Below, in pieces: positions 12,946 through 24,286 of a stretch of DNA of 64,000 nt (the first letter of the stretch is position 1; the number at the start of each line of letters is the position of its first letter). The stretch comes from Glutamicibacter sp. Its GTDB lineage: Bacteria; Actinomycetota; Actinomycetes; Actinomycetales; Micrococcaceae. The notes beneath the pieces were generated by a model. It did not search any database. It saw nothing but the letters and a program-made list of their open reading frames with translations, and was not told the origin of the DNA. Location: assembly GCF_050701915.1 (NCBI RefSeq), contig NZ_JBOGEG010000015.1, forward strand, positions 9,569 through 73,568. Reading direction: 5' to 3'. Both the position numbers and the translations under genes were made by a program.

Positions 12946-15060
12946 GTGGCACAGGACGTGCTTACTGACCTTAACAAGGTCCGCAACATCGGCATCATGG
13001 CTCACATCGATGCCGGTAAGACCACTACTACTGAGCGCATCCTTTTCTACACGGGTGTGAACCACAAGCTCGGTGAAACCCACGACGGTGCTTCGACCAC
13101 CGACTGGATGGAGCAGGAGAAGGAACGCGGTATCACCATTACCTCCGCGGCCGTTACCTGCTTCTGGAATAAGAACCAGATCAACATCATCGATACCCCG
13201 GGCCACGTTGACTTCACCGTTGAGGTGGAGCGCTCGCTGCGCGTGCTCGATGGCGCCGTTGCCGTCTTCGATGGCAAGGAAGGCGTTGAGCCTCAGTCTG
13301 AGACCGTTTGGCGCCAGGCTGACAAGTACGACGTTCCACGTATCTGCTTCGTCAACAAGATGGACAAGCTGGGTGCTGACTTCTACTTCACCGTAGAGAC
13401 CATCATCAAGCGCTTGGGTGCCAAGCCGCTGGTAATGCAGCTGCCAATCGGCTCCGAGTCGGAGTTCACCGGCGTTGTGGATCTGCTGACCATGAAGGCT
13501 TTCGTTTGGGAAGGCGACTCCAAGGGTGACGTCACCATGGGCGCTGCTTACGAAGTCCAGGAAATCCCAGCAGACCTGCAGGAAAAGGCTGAAGAGTACC
13601 GCGCCAAGCTGGTTGAAGATGTCGCTGAGGCATCCGAAGAGCTCATGGAGAAGTACCTCGAAGGCGAAGAGGTCTCGATCGAGGAACTGAAGGCTGGCAT
13701 CCGCAAGCTGACCGTGAACTCGGAAGCTTACCCAGTATTCTGTGGTTCGGCCTTCAAGAACCGCGGCGTGCAGCCAATGCTCGACGCTGTTATCGACTTC
13801 TTGCCTTCCCCGCTCGACGTGGGCGCAATGGTTGGTCACGATCCAAAGAACGAAGAAATCGAGCTCACTCGCGAGCCTTCCGAGGATGCACCATTCTCGG
13901 CGCTGGCATTCAAGATTGCTGCTCACCCATTCTTCGGCCAGTTGAACTTCATCCGCGTTTACTCGGGCAGGGCAGAGTCCGGCGCACAGCTGCTGAACTC
14001 CACCAAGCAGAAGAAGGAACGCGTTGGCAAGCTCTTCCAGATGCACTCCAACAAGGAGCAGCCGGTAGACGAGATCCACGCAGGTCACATCTACGCTGTG
14101 ATCGGCCTGAAGGACACCACCACCGGTGACACCCTGTGCGATCCGCAGAACCCAATCGTTCTTGAGTCGATGAGCTTCCCGGATCCAGTGATCTTCGTTG
14201 CCATCGAACCAAAGACCAAGGGTGACCAGGAAAAGCTGTCGACCGCTATCCAGAAGCTGTCCGCAGAAGATCCAACCTTCACCGTCTCCCTGAACGAAGA
14301 CACCGGCCAGACCGAAATCGGCGGCATGGGCGAGCTTCACTTGGACATCCTCGTTGACCGCATGAAGCGCGAATTCCGCGTTGAGGCCAACGTCGGCAAG
14401 CCACAGGTTGCATACCGCGAAACCATCAAGAAGGCTGTGGAGAAGGTTGACTTCACCCACAAGAAGCAGACCGGTGGTTCGGGCCAGTTCGCAAAGGTCC
14501 AGGTCTCGTTCGAGCCTCTGGAAGTTGTTGACGGCGTAACCTACGAGTTCAAGAACGCCGTAACCGGTGGTCGTGTTCCTCGCGAATACATCCCTTCCAT
14601 TGACGCTGGTATCCAGGACGCAATGCAGTACGGTATCCTCGCAGGCTACCCACTGGTTGGCGTCAAGGCTACCCTCATCGATGGTGCTTACCACGATGTC
14701 GACTCCTCGGAAATGGCCTTCAAGATCGCTGGTTCCCAGGTATTCAAGGAAGGCGCACGCCGCGCTAACCCTGTTCTGCTTGAACCACTGATGAGCGTTG
14801 AAGTCCGTACCCCAGAAGAGTACATGGGCGATGTCATCGGTGACTTGAACTCCCGCCGTGGTTCCATCCAGGAGATGTCCGACGCTGCTGGCGTCAAGGT
14901 CATCCGCGCTGGTGTGCCACTGTCCGAGATGTTCGGTTACATTGGTGACCTGCGTTCCAAGACCCAGGGTCGCGCAGTTTACTCGATGACCTTCGACAGC
15001 TACTCTGAGGTCCCGAAGGCAGTTGCCGACGAGATCATCCAGAAGTCCCGCGGCGAGTAA
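12946..15060 (+). CDS. fusA: Elongation factor G
   Basis: 704 aa, GTG start after GGGAGACAAC. G1 motif [15 protein letters not shown] and DTPGHVDF. Confidence 0.98.
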   Translation: MAQDVLTDLNKVRNIGIMAHIDAGKTTTTERILFYTGVNHKLGETHDGASTTDWMEQEKERGITITSAAVTCFWNKNQINIIDTPGHVDFTVEVERSLRVLDGAVAVFDGKEGVEPQSETVWRQADKYDVPRICFVNKMDKLGADFYFTVETIIKRLGAKPLVMQLPIGSESEFTGVVDLLTMKAFVWEGDSKGDVTMGAAYEVQEIPADLQEKAEEYRAKLVEDVAEASEELMEKYLEGEEVSIEELKAGIRKLTVNSEAYPVFCGSAFKNRGVQPMLDAVIDFLPSPLDVGAMVGHDPKNEEIELTREPSEDAPFSALAFKIAAHPFFGQLNFIRVYSGRAESGAQLLNSTKQKKERVGKLFQMHSNKEQPVDEIHAGHIYAVIGLKDTTTGDTLCDPQNPIVLESMSFPDPVIFVAIEPKTKGDQEKLSTAIQKLSAEDPTFTVSLNEDTGQTEIGGMGELHLDILVDRMKREFRVEANVGKPQVAYRETIKKAVEKVDFTHKKQTGGSGQFAKVQVSFEPLEVVDGVTYEFKNAVTGGRVPREYIPSIDAGIQDAMQYGILAGYPLVGVKATLIDGAYHDVDSSEMAFKIAGSQVFKEGARRANPVLLEPLMSVEVRTPEEYMGDVIGDLNSRRGSIQEMSDAAGVKVIRAGVPLSEMFGYIGDLRSKTQGRAVYSMTFDSYSEVPKAVADEIIQKSRGE

Positions 15061-15229
15061 TCGTCTCGGAATAAAAACCTGGCCGTGACCCCCTTAGCGG
15101 GGAAGTGGCCGATCGCGGGCCGGTTCCGTTGAAAAACGGAGCCGGCACCGCAAACGGCCAACGAGGGATTTGCATCACAATGCAGGCCCCGCAGAGGACC
15201 GGAATTTCCTAAATTATCCAAGCCCCCAG

Positions 15230-15235
15230 TAGACT
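15230..15235 (+). promoter_or_regulatory. Candidate -10 element (TAGACT) of an internal tuf promoter
   Basis: TAGACT about 68 nt upstream of the tuf GTG inside the 242-nt fusA-tuf spacer. No good -35. Confidence 0.25.
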
Positions 15236-15302
15236 ATTTCTAGTTCGTTTGCGAACCGCGCAGACGAAGAATGTCTTCTGTAAATGTTTCTAGGAGGAAC
15301 TT

Positions 15303-16493
15303 GTGGCAAAGGCAAAGTTCGAGCGCAACAAGCCGCACGTCAACATTGGTACCATCGGTCACGTTGACCACGGTAAGACCACTCTGACCGCGGCAATCTC
15401 CAAGGTTCTGGCTGACAAGTACCCAGACCTGAACGAACAGCGCGACTTCGCTAACATCGACTCGGCACCGGAAGAGCGCCAGCGCGGTATTACCATCAAC
15501 ATCTCGCACATCGAGTACCAGACCGAGAAGCGCCACTACGCACACGTAGACGCTCCAGGTCACGCTGACTATGTCAAGAACATGATCACCGGTGCTGCTC
15601 AGATGGACGGCGCAATCCTCGTTGTTGCCGCTACCGATGGCCCGATGGCTCAGACCCGCGAGCACGTTCTGCTGGCCCGCCAGGTTGGTGTTCCAACCCT
15701 GATGGTTGCACTGAACAAGTCGGACATGGTTGATGACGAAGAGCTGCTCGAGCTCGTGGAGATGGAAGTTCGCGAACTTCTGTCCTCGCAGGGCTTCGAT
15801 GGCGACGACGCTCCAGTTATCCGCGTTTCGGGCCTGAAGGCTCTGGAAGGCGATCCAAAGTGGGTTGCAGCTGTTGAGGAACTGATGGACGCTGCTGACA
15901 GCTTCATCCCAGATCCAGTTCGCGACCGCGACAAGCCATTCCTGATGCCAATTGAAGATGTCTTCACCATCACCGGCCGCGGTACCGTTGTTACCGGTCG
16001 CGCCGAGCGTGGCACCCTGGCACTGAACTCGGAAGTTGAGATTGTAGGCATCCGCCCAATCCAGAAGACTACCGTTACCGGTATCGAGATGTTCCACAAG
16101 CAGCTCGACGAAGCATGGGCTGGCGAGAACTGTGGTCTGCTGCTTCGCGGTCTGAAGCGCGACGATGTTGAGCGTGGCCAGGTTATCGTAGCTCCAGGCT
16201 CGATCACCCCACACACCAACTTCGAAGCTAACGTCTACATCCTGTCGAAGGACGAAGGCGGACGTCACAACCCGTTCTACTCGAACTACCGTCCGCAGTT
16301 CTACTTCCGCACCACCGACGTAACCGGCGTTATCACCCTCCCAGAGGGCACCGAAATGGTTATGCCTGGCGACAACACCGAAATGTCGGTTGAGCTGATC
16401 CAGCCAATCGCCATGGAAGAGGGCCTCGGCTTCGCAATTCGCGAAGGCGGCCGCACCGTTGGTTCGGGCAAGGTTACCACCATCACCAAGTAG
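15303..16493 (+). CDS. tuf: Elongation factor Tu
   Basis: 396 aa, GTG start after [27 protein letters not shown] and NKSD motifs. Confidence 0.99.
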   Translation: MAKAKFERNKPHVNIGTIGHVDHGKTTLTAAISKVLADKYPDLNEQRDFANIDSAPEERQRGITINISHIEYQTEKRHYAHVDAPGHADYVKNMITGAAQMDGAILVVAATDGPMAQTREHVLLARQVGVPTLMVALNKSDMVDDEELLELVEMEVRELLSSQGFDGDDAPVIRVSGLKALEGDPKWVAAVEELMDAADSFIPDPVRDRDKPFLMPIEDVFTITGRGTVVTGRAERGTLALNSEVEIVGIRPIQKTTVTGIEMFHKQLDEAWAGENCGLLLRGLKRDDVERGQVIVAPGSITPHTNFEANVYILSKDEGGRHNPFYSNYRPQFYFRTTDVTGVITLPEGTEMVMPGDNTEMSVELIQPIAMEEGLGFAIREGGRTVGSGKVTTITK

Positions 16494-16533
16494 TCAATAC
16501 TTGTGGATGTAGTTCCCTAGCGGACTGAAAATT

Positions 16534-16565
16534 CCCCCAGCACTTATGTGCTGGGGGATTTTTTC
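16534..16565 (+). terminator. Intrinsic terminator after tuf
   Basis: CCCCCAGCAC TTAT GTGCTGGGGG (16534-16557) followed by ATTTTTT. Confidence 0.9.
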
Positions 16566-16644
16566 GTTAAATGCGAGCGTCAGCTAGTGAATATATCTAG
16601 AAGGTGGTCTAATTGGAGAGCGCAACAATTCGCTAAGTGGGGGA

Positions 16645-19600
16645 GTGGCTTCAATGATGGGCTGGATCATCGTTTCTATCATCTTGGTCCTGTTGGCTTT
16701 CGGCCTCGGCCGGCGCCAGGGCCAACGCGGGAAATCGCAAAGCCAGCAACAGCTTGATGCACTGGGCGAAGCCTGGCAGAAAGGCTACGACGAGGCAGTG
16801 AAGTACCTGGGGCAAGCCGGGCCACCGGCTGCCCCGGCACCGGCACCGACAGCTGCCGAAGCACCCGGAATCCCGGCACCGCAGCTCCAGCCGCAGCCAG
16901 CCCGGCCGCAGGCATCAAGTAGCGGCGATGCGGCGCCGGCTGCACCGATGGCCCCTGCCAGCCAGCCATACCTCCAGCCAGCCGCGGCCGGTCCTGCTCC
17001 CGCCTACCGCGCGCCTGCCCCCATGGCCCCGCCCCGGCCCGCTGCGCCAGCAAAGCCCATCAAGGTGCTTACCAAGCGCGAGCGCGAACTGCGCAACATC
17101 AACATCACGCTCTACGTCGCGGCCTTGATGATCGTTGCCGCCGGCGCACTATTCCTGAGCTTCGCGCTCCCGCCGCTGTCAAAGCTCATCGCCTTCTTCC
17201 TGCTGTCAGCCGCCTTCTACGGCGGCGGCCTTGTAACCTTCGCGGTGAAGCCATCCTTGCGGCCGGCCGGAGCCGCCTTTGCCGGCACCGGGCTGGCCCT
17301 GCTGCCGCTGTGCGCCATCGCTACCTACAACACCGTGACCATATCCGGCCCTGCGACCTGGCTGGTTTTCTCGGCCATCGGTACGGTAGCCGTGGGCTAC
17401 GCAACGATTACGTTCAAGTCCCGTGTATTGGCCTGGGTCGCCGTGCTGATTCTGGTCAGCACCGCCATGGCCAGCGCGGCCGCGATGCAGCGTGGCGTCC
17501 TGTACTACATGCTGATCCTGCTGGTGCTCTCGATTGTGCTGATGCTCCTGGGGGTACGCAGCGAAAGGATCCGCCACTCAATCTTCTTCCAGGCTCTGCT
17601 GGGCACCGCGCAGCTGCTGCCTGCGTTTGTCTTCGCGCTCTCGGTGATCCTCTTCGAGATGCTCACCAGCCGTGATTTGTTCTGGATCTTCGCCTTGCTC
17701 ACCGCCCAGTTGCTGCTCAGCGTCAGGCTGCTTCCCAACCTGCGGTTGCTTCGCACCTACGCTGCCCGCGCTGCTTTCATGGCGATGCTCGTGGCCGGCT
17801 GCAACTACCTCGGCTTCTCCGGGACGAGCACCTGGCTGGTGCTCGCCTTCGCCTTCGGGCTCCAGGCCGTAGCGGTATTGCTCTGCTCCACCGGCTACCA
17901 GCAGAGACTTGGACTGGCGCGCAGGCATCTGCAAAGTGAACGTGCGGTGCTGTGGTGCTCGGGTGTCGTTTCAGTGACCGGCGCCTATCTCTACGCGCAG
18001 GGCTTCGAGGCCTTCGTGCTCAGCTACATCGCGGTTCCCATCTTCTTGGTGTTGTGCATTCCTGGCCTGCTGCGCAGCGCCAAGATGGAAGCGGGAGTCA
18101 TCGCGGTCCTTCCCCTGGTAGCGCTGGTTGATATGCAGAACCACAGCTGGCGCCCGCTGGTGGTATTCGCCCTGGCCCTGCTCGGGCTTTCGCTGGCTCA
18201 TCGCAACGCCCGCGACTTGCCTAGGGAAATGGCGGGCCGTGCGCGCTGGGTTCTCACGCTGGTTGGCGCAGGCGTGCTCGGCGCTGCGCTCCATGAGCTC
18301 ACGGCCGGGGACTCCGGGAAGTCCGAGAACTCTGCCCCGTTGATTGCGGTGCTCTTCGTGCTGTTCATCTTGTGGGCGGCGAATCTGGCGAACCGTGCCT
18401 TGCTGGATCCCGGCATGGCGCAGGGGCACCGCCTGGGCCGCATGGCCGCTTCGGCATTGCTTGGCGCGGTGCTGCTCATTGGCCTGCGACTGCTGTCAAC
18501 CGCTGGCGACTATGGCTACGCAAGCGAAGGCAACGTGCTGTTCCTTGGCATCGGCGGACTGGCCTGGTTCATCACTGGCCTCGCGATCGCCGTTGGCCTG
18601 GTCATTGCCTCGGGTTGGAAGCTTCGAGATCTTCCTGCTCAGCGCCCCGAGCTGGATAAGCCGGTCAACCTGGCGGCGGCCTGCCTGCTGATGGGGCTCT
18701 ATGCGCTCAGCTTCGGCAAGGACATCTGGCTGCTGGCGATCCTCATCGGCTCGGCAAGCTTGGGGTATTTCATCTGGTGCCTGCGCCGCAGCACCAAGAC
18801 GCAGTGGAAGATCCTCTATGCCGCGCTGGCCCAGGTGCTCTTCAGCTCCATGGTGTGGTGGTTTGCCTACAGCATGGAATTCGACATCCACGGCCGGTTC
18901 TGCCTGCTGCTGGTTTCGGTGGCCATCCCGCAGCTGTTCCGTTTGCTGGCCAGCATCCGCACGGGCAAAGCGCTGCGCAGGGAATTGCGCTGGATGGCTG
19001 TTGGGCTGCTGGTTGGCATCCCAGTGGCGACGCTGGCCTATGGCCAGTTCATGGGCGGCATGGATCGGGGAGCGGCGCTCTTGGCCTGCCTGTTCTTCGG
19101 ACTGCACGGCTTGGCCGCATTCAAGGCCGAGACCACCCTAACGGTGGCCAAGGGCCAGTTCTATCTGTTTGCCCCGATCCTGTCACTGATCCTGATGATC
19201 AGCATTCCGGCGCTGGCCATGGGCGATGGGACCGGATGGGTCCGCTCCACGTGGTGGAGTTCGCAGGTTGCTTGCGCGATGCTGCTTGCCCTGAGCCTGG
19301 CGGCGCTCTTCCTTGAATGGCGGTTGCGTACGAATAAGCAGTACTCGATGGCCCTGGGCCTGGCCATCTTCCTCCCGGCTGCTTGGGCCGCCGCGTGGCA
19401 GGCGGGGTCGTGGTGGGCAGTTGGCACGCACCTGCTGCTGGCTCTGGCCTTCATCCTGATGGTGCACACGCGTAAGAGTGCCTGGTATGCCGCCGGAGCC
19501 AGCATCATGCTGTGCGTCGCCATCCTGCGTGCCGTCTTCGAAATGCGGCAAGCTGGCGGGGCGTGGATCCTCGCGCCGATGGATGTCGCATGGGCGCTGA

Positions 19601-20406
19601 TTGGCGCGGGCATAGCGCTGTACCTGCTGGCCATCTTCCATGGGCGGATGAAGGACCCGATGCCCGGCTATCCGGAATTCGGCTACCGCCACGCCGATCC
19701 GCCCGGCAGCGCCTCGCGGTTGTACTTCGCTGGAATGCTCCTGGCCCTCTTGCTGGCCGGTGGCATCGCCCACCTGGATGGCGGTGCGAACTGGCGGGTG
19801 GTAGGCGGAGCGCTGCTGGTCTTCGGCGTTGCGGTGCTGGTGCGGCTATTTGAGCTACCGCAACGGCTTGTGCCCTACGCGGTGGACGGCTTCATCCTCC
19901 TGGGTGCGCTGCTTGCGCTGAGCAGCTATGCGCAGATCCTTGGCACCCCGCGAGCCAGCAACTTGGCAGCCTACGCCTGCATCATTGCGGTCGTGCTGGT
20001 GGCGTGGCGCAATATCAGGGCCAACGCGCAATTGGAGAAGATCTACCTGCTGGCCGCCTCGGTGTCCGGCAGCCTGGCCTTGCTCACCGCGCTGATCGAC
20101 TCCAATGGTGATGCGCAGGTGATCGGCCTGGTCTTCTTCGGTGGCTTGGTGGCCTGGGGCTTGAAGCTGGGGGAGCGGCTGTACATTTGGTGGGGTGCGG
20201 TGGCTATCACCTTGGCCGTCTTGTGGTTCCTGCGTGATCTGGCTTTCCTCTGGCTGGTGATCATTGGCTTGGGGTTGATTGCTGCCGCGGTCTTCAAGCT
20301 GGTGAAGGTCGACAAGCAGAATTCTGTGCCGGCGAATCCGGACAGCCCTGTTGATCCACCGACGCCTCCGGGGCAGGAACCGACCGGCCATGATGAGCCA
20401 CGCTAG
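16645..20406 (+). CDS. Very large polytopic membrane protein of unknown function with Pro/Ala-rich N-terminal linker
   Basis: 1253-codon ORF with host-like GC. SD GGGGGAG (16639-16645) favours the in-frame ATG at 16654 as true start. One N-terminal helix, about 110 aa of P/A/Q low complexity, then at least 25 hydrophobic helices by eye. No recognisable catalytic motif. Confidence 0.75.
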   Translation: MASMMGWIIVSIILVLLAFGLGRRQGQRGKSQSQQQLDALGEAWQKGYDEAVKYLGQAGPPAAPAPAPTAAEAPGIPAPQLQPQPARPQASSSGDAAPAAPMAPASQPYLQPAAAGPAPAYRAPAPMAPPRPAAPAKPIKVLTKRERELRNINITLYVAALMIVAAGALFLSFALPPLSKLIAFFLLSAAFYGGGLVTFAVKPSLRPAGAAFAGTGLALLPLCAIATYNTVTISGPATWLVFSAIGTVAVGYATITFKSRVLAWVAVLILVSTAMASAAAMQRGVLYYMLILLVLSIVLMLLGVRSERIRHSIFFQALLGTAQLLPAFVFALSVILFEMLTSRDLFWIFALLTAQLLLSVRLLPNLRLLRTYAARAAFMAMLVAGCNYLGFSGTSTWLVLAFAFGLQAVAVLLCSTGYQQRLGLARRHLQSERAVLWCSGVVSVTGAYLYAQGFEAFVLSYIAVPIFLVLCIPGLLRSAKMEAGVIAVLPLVALVDMQNHSWRPLVVFALALLGLSLAHRNARDLPREMAGRARWVLTLVGAGVLGAALHELTAGDSGKSENSAPLIAVLFVLFILWAANLANRALLDPGMAQGHRLGRMAASALLGAVLLIGLRLLSTAGDYGYASEGNVLFLGIGGLAWFITGLAIAVGLVIASGWKLRDLPAQRPELDKPVNLAAACLLMGLYALSFGKDIWLLAILIGSASLGYFIWCLRRSTKTQWKILYAALAQVLFSSMVWWFAYSMEFDIHGRFCLLLVSVAIPQLFRLLASIRTGKALRRELRWMAVGLLVGIPVATLAYGQFMGGMDRGAALLACLFFGLHGLAAFKAETTLTVAKGQFYLFAPILSLILMISIPALAMGDGTGWVRSTWWSSQVACAMLLALSLAALFLEWRLRTNKQYSMALGLAIFLPAAWAAAWQAGSWWAVGTHLLLALAFILMVHTRKSAWYAAGASIMLCVAILRAVFEMRQAGGAWILAPMDVAWALIGAGIALYLLAIFHGRMKDPMPGYPEFGYRHADPPGSASRLYFAGMLLALLLAGGIAHLDGGANWRVVGGALLVFGVAVLVRLFELPQRLVPYAVDGFILLGALLALSSYAQILGTPRASNLAAYACIIAVVLVAWRNIRANAQLEKIYLLAASVSGSLALLTALIDSNGDAQVIGLVFFGGLVAWGLKLGERLYIWWGAVAITLAVLWFLRDLAFLWLVIIGLGLIAAAVFKLVKVDKQNSVPANPDSPVDPPTPPGQEPTGHDEPR

Positions 20407-20810
20407 GCGTGAGGTCAAGATCACGGGCGCGGATAGGCATAAAAGATTTGCGCGATCGTTGCCGACCTGTCAGACTAGATAAGTTGCTTCAATGCAACCC
20501 GGTCCCCATTTATGGGGTAACCGGTCTGGTTTGAACGACCGGGATCGACTCTCACGCAGGATAATGCCTGGGGTTCGGGATCGATACGACTGCTTCAAGC
20601 TATAAGGCCCTTCGATAAAGTGAAAACTTTGTGGGAGTGTTGCGACTGAAAATTTCGCGACACGCCCGAGCGCGGGGGTCGGAGCCACCTGCGGGTGAGG
20701 AACCCGGATCTGATTCGGATTCAGCCGCAGAGCAAGGCGTGCCGGTCTGCAAAGACCCGTATATAGGCACAGAAACTTTAGATAGTGCTAACAGAAAGAG
20801 GCATGACGCC

Positions 20811-21119
20811 ATGGCGGGACAGAAAATCCGCATCCGGCTGAAGTCGTATGACCACGAGGTCATTGACGTTTCGGCCCGGAAGATCGTTGAGACGGTCACG
20901 CGCGCAGGCGCAACCGTAGTCGGCCCAGTGCCGCTGCCAACGGAGAAGAACGTGTACTGCGTTATCCGTTCGCCACACAAGTACAAGGACAGCCGTGAGC
21001 ACTTCGAAATGCGCACGCACAAGCGTCTGATCGACATCGTCGATCCGACCCCGAAGGCTGTTGATTCGCTGATGCGTCTCGACCTGCCAGCGGATGTCAA
21101 CATCGAAATCAAGCTTTAA
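20811..21119 (+). CDS. rpsJ: 30S ribosomal protein S10
   Basis: 102 aa from the ATG at 20811, preceded by [36 protein letters not shown]. The track ORF from 20631 is an artefactual 5' extension. Confidence 0.97.
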   Translation: MAGQKIRIRLKSYDHEVIDVSARKIVETVTRAGATVVGPVPLPTEKNVYCVIRSPHKYKDSREHFEMRTHKRLIDIVDPTPKAVDSLMRLDLPADVNIEIKL

Positions 21120-21139
21120 GGGGAGGTGGCGAGAAAACT

Positions 21140-21790
21140 ATGACCGCAACCCGTAATTTCAAGGGCCTGCTGGGCACGAAGCTCGGCATGACCCAGGTTT
21201 GGGATTCGAACAACAACCTGATCCCTGTCACCGTCGTGCAGGCTGATAGCAACGTTGTCACCAAGCTCATCAACGAAGAGCGCGATGGCTACACCGCAGT
21301 TCAGATCGGCTACGGCCAGATCGATCCTCGCAAGGTCACCAAGCCACTGGCTGGTCACTTCGAGGCTGCTGGCGTCACCCCACGTCGCCACTTGGTAGAA
21401 CTGCGCACCGCAGACGCTGCCGAGTACACCGCAGGCCAGGAACTTTCCGTAGAGGTCTTCGAAGCCGGCCAGAAGGTCGACGTCGTAGGCACCTCGAAGG
21501 GTAAGGGCTTCGCCGGCGTTATGAAGCGTCACAACTTCCACGGTGTTGGCGCATCGCACGGTGCTCACAAGAACCACCGTAAGCCAGGTTCCATCGGCGG
21601 CGCATCGACCCCAGGTCGCGTATTCCGCGGACAGAAGATGGCCGGTCGCATGGGTGCTGAGCGTGTTACCACTCAGAACCTGACCATTCACGCTATCGAC
21701 GTTGAGAAGAACCTCCTGCTGATCAAGGGTGCCGTTCCAGGTGCCCGCGGCCGCGTCGTTCTCGTACGCAACGCCGTGAAGGGAGCATAA
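21140..21790 (+). CDS. rplC: 50S ribosomal protein L3
   Basis: 216 aa. [28 protein letters not shown]. Confidence 0.97.
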   Translation: MTATRNFKGLLGTKLGMTQVWDSNNNLIPVTVVQADSNVVTKLINEERDGYTAVQIGYGQIDPRKVTKPLAGHFEAAGVTPRRHLVELRTADAAEYTAGQELSVEVFEAGQKVDVVGTSKGKGFAGVMKRHNFHGVGASHGAHKNHRKPGSIGGASTPGRVFRGQKMAGRMGAERVTTQNLTIHAIDVEKNLLLIKGAVPGARGRVVLVRNAVKGA

Positions 21791-21794
21791 GTAA

Positions 21795-22397
21795 ATGACT
21801 AAGGCACTTAACGTCGAACTGCCTGCAGAGATCTTCGACGTACAGACCAACGTCCCGCTGCTGCACCAGGTTGTCGTTGCACAGCTTGCTGCTGCCCGCC
21901 AGGGTACCCACAAGACCAAGGACCGCTCCGAGGTTTCGGGTGCAGGTCGCAAGCCGTTCAAGCAGAAGGGTACCGGCCGCGCCCGTCAGGGTTCGATCCG
22001 TGCTCCACACATGACCGGTGGTGGCATTGTCCACGGTCCAACCCCACGTGATTACTCGCAGCGTACCCCGAAGAAGATGAAGGCTGCTGCACTGCGCGGC
22101 GCCCTGTCTGATCGCGCACGCTTCGATCGCGTTCACGTGATTGAGAACTTGGTTGCTGGCGAAACGCCATCGACCAAGGATGCTCTGGCTACCTTGCGTT
22201 CGCTCACCGAGCGCAAGAACCTGCTTGTCGTCATCGATCGCGCCAACGATGTTGCAGCCCTTTCGGTTCGCAACCTTGTCAATGTGCACGTTCTGTACGT
22301 CGACCAGCTGAACACCTACGATGTTCTGGTTTCGGATGACGTAGTCTTCACCAAGGCTGCCTTCGATGCCCTGGTCCAGAAGGAGGAAGCCAAGTGA
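21795..22397 (+). CDS. rplD: 50S ribosomal protein L4
   Basis: 200 aa. [31 protein letters not shown]. Confidence 0.97.
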   Translation: MTKALNVELPAEIFDVQTNVPLLHQVVVAQLAAARQGTHKTKDRSEVSGAGRKPFKQKGTGRARQGSIRAPHMTGGGIVHGPTPRDYSQRTPKKMKAAALRGALSDRARFDRVHVIENLVAGETPSTKDALATLRSLTERKNLLVVIDRANDVAALSVRNLVNVHVLYVDQLNTYDVLVSDDVVFTKAAFDALVQKEEAK

Positions 22398-22696
22398 GCG
22401 CGTTCTCAAAGGCTCCACACGACGTGGTCATCGCACCTGTCGTATCGGAAAAGAGCTACGGTCTGATCGATCAAGGTCAGTACACCTTCGAGGTGGCACC
22501 AAGCTCCAACAAGTCGGAAATCAAGTACGCCGTTGAAGCTATCTTCAACGTCAAGGTTGACTCCGTAAACACCATCAACCGAGCTGGTAAGCGCAAGCGC
22601 ACCCGCTTCGGGTGGGGAACGCGCAAGAGCACCAAGCGCGCCATCATCACCCTGAAGGACGGCTCGATTGACATCTTCGGCGGTCCGCTTTCCTAA
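22394..22696 (+). CDS. rplW: 50S ribosomal protein L23
   Basis: 100 aa. The GTG start overlaps the rplD stop (GTGA). [18 protein letters not shown]. Confidence 0.95.
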   Translation: MSAFSKAPHDVVIAPVVSEKSYGLIDQGQYTFEVAPSSNKSEIKYAVEAIFNVKVDSVNTINRAGKRKRTRFGWGTRKSTKRAIITLKDGSIDIFGGPLS

Positions 22697-22727
22697 GCGG
22701 AGACCACTTTAACGAGGAATATTAATA

Positions 22728-23567
22728 ATGGGAATTCGTAAGTACAAGCCGACTACCCCGGGCCTTCGCGGCTCGTCGGTAGCCGACTTCGCAGAAATCA
22801 CCCGATCGACTCCGGAAAAGTCGTTGGTTCGTCCCCTGACCAAGTCAGGCGGCCGTAACAACACCGGTAAGATCACCACCCGTCACAAGGGTGGCGGACA
22901 CAAGCGCGCCTACCGTGTTATCGACTTCCGTCGTCACGACAAGGACGGCGTTCCGGCAAAGGTCGCTCACATCGAGTACGACCCGAACCGTACCGCTCGT
23001 ATCGCACTGCTCCACTACGTGGACGGCACCAAGCGCTACATCATCGCACCGAACAACCTCAAGCAGGGTGACCCAATTGAGGCCGGCGCAAGCGCCGACA
23101 TCAAGCCAGGCAACAACCTGCCACTGCGTAACATCCCGGTTGGTACCGTGATTCACGCTGTTGAGCTTCGCCCAGGCGGCGGCGCTAAGATGGCTCGTTC
23201 CGCTGGTGCTTCGATCCAGCTGGTAGCCCGTGAGGGCCGCTACGCTCAGCTGCGTTTGCCTTCGGGCGAAATCCGCAACGTTGATGTGCGCTGCCGCGCA
23301 ACCATCGGCGAAGTTGGCAACGCCGAGCAGATCAACATCAACTGGGGCAAGGCCGGCCGTATGCGCTGGAAGGGCGTACGCCCAACCGTTCGTGGCGTTG
23401 TCATGAACCCAGTTGACCACCCACATGGTGGCGGTGAGGGCAAGACCTCCGGTGGTCGTCACCCGGTCAACCCTAACGGTAAGCGTGAGGGACGCACCCG
23501 TCGTCCAAACAAGGAAAGCGACAAGCTCATTGTGCGTCGCCGCAAGACCGGCAAGAACAAGCGATAG
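22728..23567 (+). CDS. rplB: 50S ribosomal protein L2
   Basis: 279 aa. [35 protein letters not shown]. Confidence 0.98.
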   Translation: MGIRKYKPTTPGLRGSSVADFAEITRSTPEKSLVRPLTKSGGRNNTGKITTRHKGGGHKRAYRVIDFRRHDKDGVPAKVAHIEYDPNRTARIALLHYVDGTKRYIIAPNNLKQGDPIEAGASADIKPGNNLPLRNIPVGTVIHAVELRPGGGAKMARSAGASIQLVAREGRYAQLRLPSGEIRNVDVRCRATIGEVGNAEQININWGKAGRMRWKGVRPTVRGVVMNPVDHPHGGGEGKTSGGRHPVNPNGKREGRTRRPNKESDKLIVRRRKTGKNKR

Positions 23568-23579
23568 GAGCCTGGAAAC

Positions 23580-23861
23580 ATGCCACGCAGCCTGAAGAAA
23601 GGCCCCTTCGTCGATCAGCACCTGTTCCTAAAGGTCGTTGCTGAAAACGATAAGGGCACCAAGAACGTCATCAAGACGTGGTCCCGCCGTTCGATGATCA
23701 TCCCGGACATGCTGGGACACACCATCGCCGTACATGACGGTCGCAAGCACATTCCTGTGTTCGTAACCGAATCCATGGTTGGACACAAGCTCGGAGAGTT
23801 TGCCCCAACCCGTACGTTCCGTGGCCACGTGAAGGACGACAAGAAGGGCAAGCGCCGCTAG
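23580..23861 (+). CDS. rpsS: 30S ribosomal protein S19
   Basis: 93 aa. [26 protein letters not shown]. Confidence 0.98.
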   Translation: MPRSLKKGPFVDQHLFLKVVAENDKGTKNVIKTWSRRSMIIPDMLGHTIAVHDGRKHIPVFVTESMVGHKLGEFAPTRTFRGHVKDDKKGKRR

Positions 23862-23920
23862 GCCCCGCAAGGGAACTAGTATCGCTTAGCACTTCTTCGA
23901 TAGACGAGAGAAGGATAGCA

Positions 23921-24286
23921 ATGGAAGCCAAGGCAATTGCGCGTCACATCCGCGTAACGCCTATGAAGGCCCGGCGCGTCGTCAACCTTGTTCGTGGTCT
24001 GCAGACCAACGAAGCACTGGCCATCTTGAAGTTTGCCCCACAGGCAGCTTCGGAGCCGGTATACAAGGTTGTCGCATCGGCAGTGGCTAACGCCCGTGCC
24101 GCCGCGGACCGCGCAGGTGAAGCATTCAATGAGGACGAGCTGTTTATCAGCGAAGCGTTTGTTGACGAAGGTCCGACCATGAAGCGGTTCCAGCCGCGTG
24201 CACAGGGTCGCGCATTCCAGATCAAGAAGCGCACCAGCCACGTGACTGTGGTTGTTTCAACCACGCAGAAGGGTGGGGAGAACTAA
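23921..24286 (+). CDS. rplV: 50S ribosomal protein L22
   Basis: 121 aa. [22 protein letters not shown]. Confidence 0.97.
   Translation: MEAKAIARHIRVTPMKARRVVNLVRGLQTNEALAILKFAPQAASEPVYKVVASAVANARAAADRAGEAFNEDELFISEAFVDEGPTMKRFQPRAQGRAFQIKKRTSHVTVVVSTTQKGGEN

Noticed and set aside
12931-16268. Antisense ORFs opposite fusA (587 aa) and tuf (342 aa). Similar shadows lie opposite rpsC/rplP (24257-25438), rplR/rpsE (31914-32843), glmS (48689-50248), the methyltransferase (62627-63961), secY, map, rpoA, glmM and the ugd-like gene
   Set aside because: Same reasoning. The opposite strand carries confidently identified conserved genes, and these ORFs have no start context or motifs.
20631-20810. N-terminal 60-aa extension of the S10 ORF given in the track
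   Set aside because: Canonical S10 begins at [10 protein letters not shown] (ATG 20811), preceded by a good RBS (AGAAAGAGG). The upstream in-frame stretch is leader sequence.
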